From Ignavibacteria bacterium (GTDB lineage: Bacteria; Bacteroidota; Ignavibacteria; Kapaibacteriales; UBA2268), in NCBI GenBank assembly GCA_037440445.1, contig JBBIUA010000002.1:136848-200847 (forward strand): 64,000 nucleotides of DNA, written 5' to 3'. The position numbers and the translations under genes were made by a program. Each line of letters opens with the position of its first letter. The first letter of the stretch is position 1. Below the pieces are notes generated by a model. It did no database searches and was not told the DNA's origin. It was given only the letters and a program-made list of their open reading frames with translations. This document shows, piece after piece, positions 47,054 through 57,628 of this stretch.

Positions 47054-48832
47054 ATGAAACCTGCAACGATAAAATCAATAAAATCGAATTTAAAAATTTT
47101 CCTCGATATACTCCTTCTTTTTATTGGAATTGTTTCGGCAATAACTTTTGTATTAATTATTGGATTTGAATTAAATAAGTTCCAAGAACTTCTTATTCGC
47201 GAAGTTATTCAAATTGTTATCTATTGCTTTATTTTTGAAGAATTGCTGCGGTTATTTACATTTCAAAACTTTTGGATTGAATTTAAAACTCGTTGGATTG
47301 AACTTTTGCTTGTTTTTCTTCTTTCGTTGGAATTGATTTTCAGTGGTTCTCTAATTCAAACAATTCGATCCTTTTTCCCGTTAATTTCAATCGACCAGAT
47401 TGCCCTTGGTTATTTAATTTTATCCCAGATGTTGCTTTTCATAGTAGGGATATTCAAATTAGTTCGACATAGCAGTTTCATTGTGCAACTAAAAGTACCA
47501 CCTGGTGCTATTTTTGCTTCTAGTTTTGCAATATTAATTTTATTTGGCTCGTTATTGCTTTCGCTTCCAAGAGCTTCTGCTACACGTGAACCTTTAAGTT
47601 ATATTGATGCTTTGTTTACTTCGACCAGTGCTGTTTGTGTTACTGGATTAATTGTTTTAGATACTTCTAAAGATTTCTCTTTACTTGGTCAAATATTTAT
47701 TCTTATTTTAATTCAACTCGGTGGTTTAGGAATAATGACTCTAACAACATTCTTTTTCACTTTTGTTGGTGGTGGCTTTTCGTTGCGGATACGGCTTCTA
47801 ATGAAAGAATTTTTAAGTGCTGAAACATTTTCTGTTATCGGTTCAATTTTGAGGAAAATTGTTCTTTATACTCTTTTTATTGAACTTCTTGGGGCCGTAG
47901 TTCTTTATCTTTCTCTAAATGGTTTTAAAAATTATAATGTTGGTAATTTTTACTTAGCAATTTTCCATTCCATTTCTGCTTTTTGTAATGCTGGATTTTC
48001 CCTTTTTTCTGAAAATTTAGCAACACCAATTTTGAAAAATAATTACCTCTTTAAATTTTCCGTTTCTATTCTTATTATTTTGGGTGGATTAGGCTTTCTT
48101 ACTCTTTCTGAATTATTTTCTTTGAAACTTTTTAAGAAAAAGGCTACTCGTATTCGTTTTCAATTGTCAATTACAACCAGAATTGTTCTTGTAACGACTT
48201 TATGCCTTATATTATTTGGAACGTTGTTCATTTATCTTGCAGAGTTTAACACGAATATTCTTGGCAATAATGAATTTGACTCTTTTTTTAATGCATATTT
48301 TCAATCCGTTTCTGCAAGAACTGCTGGATTCAATACTGTCCCAATTGAGCATCTTTCTGTCCTAAGTTCCATTGTTTTGATTTTTTTAATGTGGGTTGGT
48401 GCATCTCCTGGTGGCACTGGTGGTGGAATTAAGACAACTACATTTGCAGTAGTTGTGCTATTTATTCTTAATTATATTCGTTCCAGGGAAAAGTTGATTG
48501 TTTTTGATAGAGAAATATTCCAAGATACAATTCATAAATCTTTTGTGATTGTCTTTTTATCAATTTTTGTTCTTTTTCTTGCCACATCACTTTTGATTTA
48601 TTTTGAGCCAAAAATTAATCCATTGAATTTATTATTCGAGTCGACTTCAGCTTTTGGAACTGTAGGACTTTCAAGAAATGTTACATTCCATTTAAACAAT
48701 GCATCAAAACTAATACTTGTTTTTTTGATGTTTATAGGTCGTGTTGGTGTGTTAACTTTATTTAGTGCTGTTTTCAAGCCATTCCGTGAATACAACTATT
48801 CATTACCAAAAGCAAATGTGAATGTCGGTTGA
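47054..48832 (+). CDS. TrkH/KtrB-family cation (K+) transporter
   Basis: Repeated M-P-M pore-loop-like motifs (LGGLGIMT, NAGFSLFS, GTGGGIKTTTF, GTVGLS); 592 aa with an N-terminal extension. Confidence 0.7.
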   Translation: MKPATIKSIKSNLKIFLDILLLFIGIVSAITFVLIIGFELNKFQELLIREVIQIVIYCFIFEELLRLFTFQNFWIEFKTRWIELLLVFLLSLELIFSGSLIQTIRSFFPLISIDQIALGYLILSQMLLFIVGIFKLVRHSSFIVQLKVPPGAIFASSFAILILFGSLLLSLPRASATREPLSYIDALFTSTSAVCVTGLIVLDTSKDFSLLGQIFILILIQLGGLGIMTLTTFFFTFVGGGFSLRIRLLMKEFLSAETFSVIGSILRKIVLYTLFIELLGAVVLYLSLNGFKNYNVGNFYLAIFHSISAFCNAGFSLFSENLATPILKNNYLFKFSVSILIILGGLGFLTLSELFSLKLFKKKATRIRFQLSITTRIVLVTTLCLILFGTLFIYLAEFNTNILGNNEFDSFFNAYFQSVSARTAGFNTVPIEHLSVLSSIVLIFLMWVGASPGGTGGGIKTTTFAVVVLFILNYIRSREKLIVFDREIFQDTIHKSFVIVFLSIFVLFLATSLLIYFEPKINPLNLLFESTSAFGTVGLSRNVTFHLNNASKLILVFLMFIGRVGVLTLFSAVFKPFREYNYSLPKANVNVG

Positions 48833-49777
48833 TTACTTCGTTCTTGTTCTTTTCCAATGATATAGGTAAGGAGGTTCTAATGAAACCAAATTCAAACCTT
48901 CTGGTAAGTTGATTTTTGGGAAAATAATACCTATTGAATCATTTGTAATTTCAAAGTAAGAAACTTTAGCTTCCAAAGAAATAATATCGCTTGCTATTAA
49001 TTTGTTAATGCCTGAACGAATAGTTGCTTTCAAAAACTTTGGCTCAAGAATGTGTCCTTCGGGCAAGTTGCCACCTTCGATTGTCACAGGTATATCAAAA
49101 ATTTCTTTTTCTGCCTTTAAGTCTACGTCGACGACAAAAAGTTTTACTTGTTCATAACTTAAAGATACTAAGGAACGAAGAGTATCGCTTAAAGGAATAT
49201 CTAATTGAATTGGTTTATGAACATCTTTTAAAAGTATTCGTTCGGTTTTCCATTCGTCAATTTTATCAAGAATTTCTTTTTTTCCTCGGATTACAACTAA
49301 GTCCGGTTTTAATATTGGCTTGCCAACTACAATGAAATTATCTCGGGGATAAATTTTAATATCAGGTTCAACACGGACAATTTTTTCTCCTATAACTCCA
49401 ACATCTAAAGTAATAGATGGAGGGTTAACATCTAAGGCTTTAGCATTTGCAGCAATGCTTAGGTTTTTTAAAAAATCATTTTTTGTTAAAATTACTTTTT
49501 CGTTTATTATTTCACTTTGACTAAGGTTAATTATGCAATTCGAAGTCTTCGGGAAAACTGAAAGATTCAAAATTTGCCAACCTGTTGCCGAGATTAATAC
49601 ATCAATTTTTTCGGGAACCCTACCAGAAATTGAATACTTTTCCGGAGCTACGATTTTCAATGGAACTTTTACATAAAAATGATATTCTGAATTCATTAAG
49701 GAAAATATCCAAATTGAAATACTGATTAAAAAAGCAAATAATATCCCTTTAAATTTTTCTTTTTGCACTAGCCTCAT
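48833..49777 (-). CDS. YbbR-like (CdaR-like) domain protein with N-terminal membrane anchor
   Basis: N-terminal TM helix, then repeated ~80-aa beta-rich units with the V.V.P...G pattern typical of YbbR repeats. Confidence 0.45.
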   Translation of the reverse strand: MRLVQKEKFKGILFAFLISISIWIFSLMNSEYHFYVKVPLKIVAPEKYSISGRVPEKIDVLISATGWQILNLSVFPKTSNCIINLSQSEIINEKVILTKNDFLKNLSIAANAKALDVNPPSITLDVGVIGEKIVRVEPDIKIYPRDNFIVVGKPILKPDLVVIRGKKEILDKIDEWKTERILLKDVHKPIQLDIPLSDTLRSLVSLSYEQVKLFVVDVDLKAEKEIFDIPVTIEGGNLPEGHILEPKFLKATIRSGINKLIASDIISLEAKVSYFEITNDSIGIIFPKINLPEGLNLVSLEPPYLYHWKRTRTK

Positions 49778-51606
49778 TTTTTCAGACTATTTAATAATTT
49801 TTGTTTAGTTCTGGTCAAATCCTGAAGTTCTTTTAGATGCTTTTCCTTATTTAAACTATCTTGAACTATCATTCTATGAACATCTTGAATCTTTTTTTCT
49901 ATTTTTTTTATTTTTAAACGTGTAAAAGCATCTCTTAAAATCTTGTGTATGTCCTTTTCAGTTGGTGTAAAACCAAATCTTTCCCAGTTTTTGCTTAGTT
50001 CTTGTTTCGAAAATGCTAAATTTATAAAAAAATTTCTGGTATTTTCATCAACTGATATATCCGAAATAATTGAACTTATTGGGTTTTTACTTTTATGTGA
50101 CTTAAGCAAGGAAAAGTATTCTTTCCCTTTTGTTGTTAACATATCTTCTGGAGCGAATTTATAAACCTTTTCTAATGCTTCTATAGCTTCGGGTGATTCG
50201 ATGCAAATTGATAGCAAGTATTCCTCTTCGGGTATAAGATTTTCAGGAATAGGAGTTTTTGGAATTTCAGGAGCTTTGTCGGGGAGGATATTTCTTTTTT
50301 GTTTTTCTTTTTCTAACTTTTGTTTTTCTTTATATATTGCATCTAATTGTGAGTAGGACATTAAAAGTAGATTGGCTAATTCTTGGATATAATCGTAATG
50401 TTGGAGTTTATCCGGTATTTGGATAATTAATTCAAGACAATATTGAATAAATTGTGATTTCTTTGCCGGGCGGGTAAAAACATTTTTGTTTTGAGCAATT
50501 TCAAATAGATACGAAAGAAAACTTTTTGAATTGTCCAACAAATTGTTAAAAGTTCGAGCACCGAATTTTTTGACAATACTATCTGGGTCTTCGTTTTCGA
50601 TTAGTTTTACAATAAAAACTTCGAAACCGAGAGGTAGTGCTAACTGAATTGCTCTTTCCGTTGCCTTTTGTCCAGCCTCGTCACCATCGTAAGCAATGTA
50701 AATTGTTTTGCAGTACCGTGCAATAAGATTTAGTTGCTCTATTGTAAGGGATGTTCCGCAGGATGCAATTGCATTTTTTATTCCTGCCTGATGTAGTGAA
50801 ATTACGTCTGCATAGCCTTCGACGAGAACTACGGCTTCCTTGCTTCTGATGTCGTTTCTTCCTTTAAAAAGACCAAAAAGCAACTTACTTTTGTCGAAGA
50901 CTTCGGTTTGAGGTGAGTTAATATATTTTGGCTGATTATTGATTTCTTTTAAAACTCTTCCACCAAAGCCTACAACCTTCCCAGCGGTGTTGTGGATTGG
51001 GAAAATTATTCTTTCGCGAAAGACATCGTAATATTCATCTTCTGAGCCCTCTTTTTTTTTGATTAGACCCGCTGCCAATAAGATTTCGGGCAAAAATCCC
51101 TGTGATGTCATTTCTCGGAATAGCGTATCCCACCCACTTGGAGAATAACCAATTTCGAATTCAGTAATAGTTGAATGGTTGTATCCTCGATTCTTAAGGT
51201 ATTCGAGAGCTACAATACCACTTTGGGTAAAAAGCACACGCTGATAAAACTTCTTTGCATATTCAAGTGCTTGAAGAATTTGATTCTTGCGAGAAACTTC
51301 CTCTTTTTCCTTTATGGTGTTTGTTTCGAGTCTTATCCCCGCTCGCTTTGCAAGGTCTCGAATTGCTTCTGCATAAGTGAATCCATAATATTCAACTGCA
51401 AAAGTTATAACATTTCCTGCCTTTCCACACCCAAAGCATTTGAATATCTTTTTTTCCGGCGAGACTGTAAAAGATGGTGTTTTTTCTTGATGAAAAGGAC
51501 AAAGCCCAAAAAAGTTTACACCGCGACGACGGAGGTTTACTGCTTCGGCGATATAATCGACAATGTCGACTGATTCGATAATTTCTTCGGCTATTGTCCT
51601 GTACAT
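49774..51606 (-). CDS. dnaG: DNA primase
   Basis: CHC2 zinc finger CPFHQEKTPSFTVSPEKKIFKCFGCGKAGN, TOPRIM (VLVEGYADV...DGDEAGQKA), and a C-terminal helicase-interaction region. Confidence 0.9.
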   Translation of the reverse strand: MYRTIAEEIIESVDIVDYIAEAVNLRRRGVNFFGLCPFHQEKTPSFTVSPEKKIFKCFGCGKAGNVITFAVEYYGFTYAEAIRDLAKRAGIRLETNTIKEKEEVSRKNQILQALEYAKKFYQRVLFTQSGIVALEYLKNRGYNHSTITEFEIGYSPSGWDTLFREMTSQGFLPEILLAAGLIKKKEGSEDEYYDVFRERIIFPIHNTAGKVVGFGGRVLKEINNQPKYINSPQTEVFDKSKLLFGLFKGRNDIRSKEAVVLVEGYADVISLHQAGIKNAIASCGTSLTIEQLNLIARYCKTIYIAYDGDEAGQKATERAIQLALPLGFEVFIVKLIENEDPDSIVKKFGARTFNNLLDNSKSFLSYLFEIAQNKNVFTRPAKKSQFIQYCLELIIQIPDKLQHYDYIQELANLLLMSYSQLDAIYKEKQKLEKEKQKRNILPDKAPEIPKTPIPENLIPEEEYLLSICIESPEAIEALEKVYKFAPEDMLTTKGKEYFSLLKSHKSKNPISSIISDISVDENTRNFFINLAFSKQELSKNWERFGFTPTEKDIHKILRDAFTRLKIKKIEKKIQDVHRMIVQDSLNKEKHLKELQDLTRTKQKLLNSLKK

Positions 51607-51607
51607 T

Positions 51608-52771
51608 TTAATATACTTTACGGTTTAAACGAAAGTCGAAATAACTTTCTGCTGTTGGTATTTCGAGAATTAATTTCCCTTGGTGGTTGATGTATCCTTT
51701 TCGTCCATCTTTAAACGATGCCCATGCGATTCCGTCGACGAAATTATCTACATAATCGAACTTAGTCTCAAATACTGGAATGCCAAACTTGTCGATAAAA
51801 AGCCAATTACCATTTTTTTTAACTGCAGAAAGTCCTTCAGAAAATCCACGAACTTCTTCGAAAATATAATCTGTTATTCTTTCACCCTTTCTATTGATTA
51901 GTGCCCACCGCATTTCCTTTTTTTCGTTCATTCGACCAATAAATGCCATACTATCGGAAAAAGGTTTACCTGCATAGCCGTCAATTGTAAACTCAAATAT
52001 TCCATTTCTGTTGATGTAACCTATCGAGTCACCCTTGACAGCAAAAGCCAAGCCTTCGGAAAAATTGTCGACCAAGTCGAACTGCAAAGGAATAACAATT
52101 TCGCCTTTTTTGTTGATAAACCCCTGTCGATATTTTTTATCGTTAATGTCTGCTAAACCTTCGGTGAATCTATTACCCGCAGAATTTTCCATTTTAATAA
52201 CAGGTTTATTGTTTGTGTCGATAAATCCACGAAAATCTTTGTTTTTGACAAATGCTAAGCCTTCGCTAAATTCTGTGGCATCTTCATAAATCATTGGAAT
52301 TACAAGTTTCCCGCTTCTATTAATATATCCAAAAAGGAATTGTTCGCTTTCGTCCTCCTCGTTCCCACTTGATTTTAATTTTTTTACGGCAAGCGCTCTG
52401 CCATTTTTAAAATCGAACAGATAATTTATTTTATCGATAACTGTTAAGTTACCTTTTAAATCAATAATTGCCCATTTTGGTTTATTGTTGAATATAAAAT
52501 TAACACGAAAATATGCTTCGCTGTAACCAAGTACATCGGCAAGTTCCATTGGTCGAAAAATTAAGTTCCCTTGGTAATCAATAAAATGCCATTTTCCTTC
52601 TTTCAAATATGCAAGAAGAGGTTTGACAATTTGAGATTTGTCCGCTTGTTTTTTTTGCTTTTTTTTTGTTTGTAATTCTTTTGAAAATAAATATATGTTG
52701 ATTAAAAAGGAAAATGACAAGAACAAAGCAAGAAGTAAAAATACCCGAACAATTAGGAATTCTTTTTTCAT
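51608..52771 (-). CDS. WG-repeat-containing secreted/anchored protein
   Basis: N-terminal hydrophobic anchor, then multiple ~40-aa repeats of the form G(Y/F)I(D/N)...GK.VIP..F..V..FSEGLA (WG_beta_rep-like). Confidence 0.45.
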   Translation of the reverse strand: MKKEFLIVRVFLLLALFLSFSFLINIYLFSKELQTKKKQKKQADKSQIVKPLLAYLKEGKWHFIDYQGNLIFRPMELADVLGYSEAYFRVNFIFNNKPKWAIIDLKGNLTVIDKINYLFDFKNGRALAVKKLKSSGNEEDESEQFLFGYINRSGKLVIPMIYEDATEFSEGLAFVKNKDFRGFIDTNNKPVIKMENSAGNRFTEGLADINDKKYRQGFINKKGEIVIPLQFDLVDNFSEGLAFAVKGDSIGYINRNGIFEFTIDGYAGKPFSDSMAFIGRMNEKKEMRWALINRKGERITDYIFEEVRGFSEGLSAVKKNGNWLFIDKFGIPVFETKFDYVDNFVDGIAWASFKDGRKGYINHQGKLILEIPTAESYFDFRLNRKVY

Positions 52772-53553
52772 ACGACTTTTGTTTTATATCTTTCCAAAAA
52801 TTCTATAACAATTGGATCATTAGAATAGCGAAGTTTTTCCACTTCCCCGTTAAAATGTAGGCTTCCATCTTCGATTAGTGCAACGAAATTTGCGATTTTG
52901 AAAACGGAAAACAAATCATGAGTAATAATAACCGAGGTAATGGAAAGCTTTTTTGCAAGGTCAGCAATCAAGTTGTCGACCTGTTCGGAGGTAATAGGGT
53001 CTAATCCAGTTGTTGGTTCATCGTAAAATATATAAGAAGGTTTACCAACAAGAGCCCGAGCAACACCAACTCGCTTTTTCATCCCACCCGATAAGTCGGA
53101 TGGCATTTTGTCTCGAAGAATTTTCCATTCTTTTTCGAATGCAGTTTCACCAACTTCGTTGGGGTCGGGGAGAAGACCAACTGCGGAAAGAACTCTAATT
53201 GCCTCTTCTTTCAATATTTTTTCGTCTCGTATACCTCGTTCAAATAAACTTATAACAACATTTTCATAAACCGAATAGGAATCGAAAAGAGCCGAACCTT
53301 GGAAAACGAAGCCAAATTTTTCTCGAATTTTGAATAATTCTTTCCTTTCTAAATTGTGGATGTTTAATCCATCGATAATAACTTCGCCTTGGTCTGGTTC
53401 GAGTAGCCCAACAATATTTTTAATAAGAACACTTTTGCCACAACCAGACCGACCGATAATACAATAAGTGACACCATCGGGAATTGTAAGGGAAATTCCG
53501 TTTAATACTTTTTTAGAGCCGAACGACTTGTGTAAGTTTTTTATCTCAATCAT
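52768..53553 (-). CDS. ABC transporter ATP-binding protein, MlaF/Mkl-like
   Basis: Walker A GRSGCGKS, ABC signature LSGGMKKRVGVARAL, Walker B IFYDEPTTGLD. I prefer the start at MIEIKNL (53553) over the upstream extension. Confidence 0.75.
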   Translation of the reverse strand: MIEIKNLHKSFGSKKVLNGISLTIPDGVTYCIIGRSGCGKSVLIKNIVGLLEPDQGEVIIDGLNIHNLERKELFKIREKFGFVFQGSALFDSYSVYENVVISLFERGIRDEKILKEEAIRVLSAVGLLPDPNEVGETAFEKEWKILRDKMPSDLSGGMKKRVGVARALVGKPSYIFYDEPTTGLDPITSEQVDNLIADLAKKLSITSVIITHDLFSVFKIANFVALIEDGSLHFNGEVEKLRYSNDPIVIEFLERYKTKVV

Positions 53554-53555
53554 AC

Positions 53556-54461
53556 TTATCTCATTGGAATCTCGATAATATAACTTTCTTTTGGTTTTGG
53601 CAACGAGCGTTTCAGAATCCAAGGGTTAAGCGTTTTTACCCAGAAATATGTTGTTCCCTGCATTTTAGCCCAGAGTGCAAGGTCGGGTATCTCCTCGTTC
53701 CAAACAATTTGTTTAGTGGGAAAAGGATAATAAAAATCTTCTTTCGATAAATGGAATCCATACTTTTTGTGGTTTGAAAGTATTTCTTTTAAAATAGCAA
53801 TTCGGAAAATGTATCTCGACGTTTCCTCGTTGAGAAACAATTCAAAAAAGTTTCTGGTTTTTTGAAAATCAATATTGCTAGATAAATTTGAAAATCCCAT
53901 ATTGTATGCTGCAGCTGCTAAAGACCAAGAACCAAAAACTTCGTACGCTTTTTTTAAATAGCGGCAAGCAGCATCAGTACTTTTATATATATTCAAGCGT
54001 TCATCAACGTAGTCATCGATAATTAAACCATATTCTTTGGCTGTGGATGGGATGAATTGCCAAATTCCATAGGCAGATTTGGGAGACATTGCAATTTGTA
54101 ATCCACTTTCAGCAACTGCAAGATACTTAAAATCATCTGGAATATTGTATTTTTTAAAAATACTATCGAAGATTGGAAAGTAACGGCTGGAGCGTTTCAA
54201 ATAAAGAATAATTTGACCAGGTGATTGTAAGTTAATGTAAAATTCTCTTTCCGCACGTTCCTTCATTATTTGGTTGTTTAAAGGGATTTGTTCTCCGCAG
54301 AAATCTAATTTTTCTGGCAACTTAAATTTGCTAAAATCTTGGTAAAAATGATTATTCAAATTCAATTTTTCATTTTCATTTCCTGAACTTATGTTCCAGT
54401 CTGAAAACATCAAAACAGAAATCAATGAAAATAAAATAATTTTAAACATAAAACATAGCAT
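53556..54461 (-). CDS. Lytic murein transglycosylase (SLT domain, family 1)
   Basis: YLAVAESGLQIAMSPKSAYGIWQFIPSTA, followed by AAAYNMG. Confidence 0.7.
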   Translation of the reverse strand: MLCFMFKIILFSLISVLMFSDWNISSGNENEKLNLNNHFYQDFSKFKLPEKLDFCGEQIPLNNQIMKERAEREFYINLQSPGQIILYLKRSSRYFPIFDSIFKKYNIPDDFKYLAVAESGLQIAMSPKSAYGIWQFIPSTAKEYGLIIDDYVDERLNIYKSTDAACRYLKKAYEVFGSWSLAAAAYNMGFSNLSSNIDFQKTRNFFELFLNEETSRYIFRIAILKEILSNHKKYGFHLSKEDFYYPFPTKQIVWNEEIPDLALWAKMQGTTYFWVKTLNPWILKRSLPKPKESYIIEIPMR

Positions 54462-54502
54462 ATAATTAAAAGTCGAAATATAGTAAAAAAAATTAAAGAT
54501 AT

Positions 54503-55525
<1,023 letters not shown>

Positions 55526-57478
55526 TTATTGTTCGTCGGCAATAACAATAATTTTGTCACCTTCGGAAAAGAAAATACGGTTTGATTTAACAGGATTAAC
55601 ACGAACCCCGTAAGCAAGCATAGAATCAGTTGCATATCGAGGTTTAACTTCGTGCAATTTATAGCCGATAGCGATTTCATTACGCTGGCGTGCGGCTTCC
55701 AAAACTGTGTAGAAGTTGACTGGTCTGCCTAATTCAACATAATATTCAGCAGGTTTAATATAGATAGATGGATTTGTAGTGCTAAATAATATTTCAAAGA
55801 TGGTTTTTAGTTCTTTGTTTTCCGAAATTTGAGAGAGCATTAAACTGTCCAGTTTAACACTAACGATGAAATCATCAGCATGGGTGATTTCTGCCAATTC
55901 CCTATTTCTATCGTCGAGCATTTCACTTACAATTGAGAATCTATGCTCAGTTTTGTCTGCAATATCGCGAAGATGAAGAAGAGTGCTAAGTGTTCTTGCA
56001 TCAACAGATTGGACATCCAGCATTTCTGTTTGGCTTAGGACAATTATATGGTCAAACTGCTCAACCATTAAGTCGTCGAGAACTCTTCTGTCGGTTGTGT
56101 CTCCGTAAACGAAAGAAATATCGTGGTTTTCAAGTTCATAGTTGATTTCAAGTATTGTTCTTTCAACATAAGAAAGGTCGGACACAACAACAAGTTTTGA
56201 ACCTTTGAGTACGTATTTATCAAGTTCGTTAATGATAAGCGGTGCACGCCGGTTCCATCCAAGAATTAGTGTATTTTCTGGTCGACGCTCCTTAATCTGT
56301 GGTTCGCTTCGGATTGCTCCGGGGTCAATACGGTAATCAAGCAAACCCGACAGGATAATGGTATCATCGTCTTCAGAAATGGCTATGACTTTGTCACCCT
56401 CTTCAATTATAGTATTCATTGGGGGTTTTAAAAGAATTTCGCCATTTTTCTTTCGCAAACCGATAATTGTTGAGGTTTCATATGCGAACAATGCTTCTAC
56501 GAATGTTCTCCCAACAAGTTTTGGTTCATATGCGAAATATATTTCGTCCCCCTTGAAGTCTAAAAGTTCAGTGAAGACAACAGAAATACCTGGTTGACGA
56601 CACGTATGTGCAATTATTCTCGAAACAACATAATCAAAAACAACGAGTTGAACCTCATCCCTGCCAGCAATTTCGGCAATTGCAACATTTCGAGGATGGC
56701 GGATTTCTGCTACTATGTGATATTTGTGTGGCAAAGGCTTACGATTAGGATTGTTGGTTATAGCTAAAATTGTTTTTATTACATAAGAATCAGGCTCTGG
56801 GACATCAGGAGCGATAACAATTATTGATTTCGCTTGATTCAAGTTGACTACTTCAAGGTCTCGTAAATCTATAGGATTACCTGTTCGGCATATCACACGA
56901 GTATTTTTTGTATCGCCGACTTTAGCACGTATTTCGTCATCCATTTCAACTTTATCCTTTTCAGCAAGGACTACAATAGTTGGTTTCTTTTGATTTTCAT
57001 TTGCAATTACCAACTCGGAAATAATTTGAAACACCTGAAATGACCAACCGAGAATAACCGTATGGTTTTTGGCTAATACGAAACTTCTCCCTTTTCGGAG
57101 TTCCATCATTTTGTCCATTACAACACTGCTGACGACCCCAATGAAAATACTTGTCATTAGCAAACCAAACAGAGTAGCAATCAACATAAACATCAAATAG
57201 AAAAAGTCTATCGGATCGTCGGAAATAACACCTCCATCGAGCGTCCTTAATAAAACAACCCAAAAAACATTTAAGAAATTATAGTTCCTGGTATTTGGTA
57301 AGCCAAGTATGCTTTCGGCATTGCTTGGAATAAGGTTAAACAAATATATTGCCAATGATATAAGTAATAAAAATATCAAACCTATAATTATCATAAGTAG
57401 GAAGGGTGGGATTGGTCCTTTTGACATTAAATTGTCGAATTCGTAGTGAATTCGCTCTTTAAATTTTATTTTTCTCAT
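55526..57478 (-). CDS. CASTOR/POLLUX-like ion channel with tandem RCK (TrkA-N-like) domains
   Basis: N-terminal TM helices with a pore-like segment (VVLLRTLDGGVISDD) and no TVGYG filter, then two RCK-like domains starting HTVILGWSFQV... and NTLILGWNRRA... Confidence 0.5.
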   Translation of the reverse strand: MRKIKFKERIHYEFDNLMSKGPIPPFLLMIIIGLIFLLLISLAIYLFNLIPSNAESILGLPNTRNYNFLNVFWVVLLRTLDGGVISDDPIDFFYLMFMLIATLFGLLMTSIFIGVVSSVVMDKMMELRKGRSFVLAKNHTVILGWSFQVFQIISELVIANENQKKPTIVVLAEKDKVEMDDEIRAKVGDTKNTRVICRTGNPIDLRDLEVVNLNQAKSIIVIAPDVPEPDSYVIKTILAITNNPNRKPLPHKYHIVAEIRHPRNVAIAEIAGRDEVQLVVFDYVVSRIIAHTCRQPGISVVFTELLDFKGDEIYFAYEPKLVGRTFVEALFAYETSTIIGLRKKNGEILLKPPMNTIIEEGDKVIAISEDDDTIILSGLLDYRIDPGAIRSEPQIKERRPENTLILGWNRRAPLIINELDKYVLKGSKLVVVSDLSYVERTILEINYELENHDISFVYGDTTDRRVLDDLMVEQFDHIIVLSQTEMLDVQSVDARTLSTLLHLRDIADKTEHRFSIVSEMLDDRNRELAEITHADDFIVSVKLDSLMLSQISENKELKTIFEILFSTTNPSIYIKPAEYYVELGRPVNFYTVLEAARQRNEIAIGYKLHEVKPRYATDSMLAYGVRVNPVKSNRIFFSEGDKIIVIADEQ

Positions 57479-57628
57479 AAAAAATAAAATAAAACTCTAA
57501 TTTAATAAAAAATATTAAAATCTTAATTTGTCAATAATTATCGGTAATCGATTTTATTGCATTTATTGTTTATTTTTTGTTGACTAAATTTTATTAATTT
57601 GTTTTTTTAATTAGGTTTGAGTAAGGAG

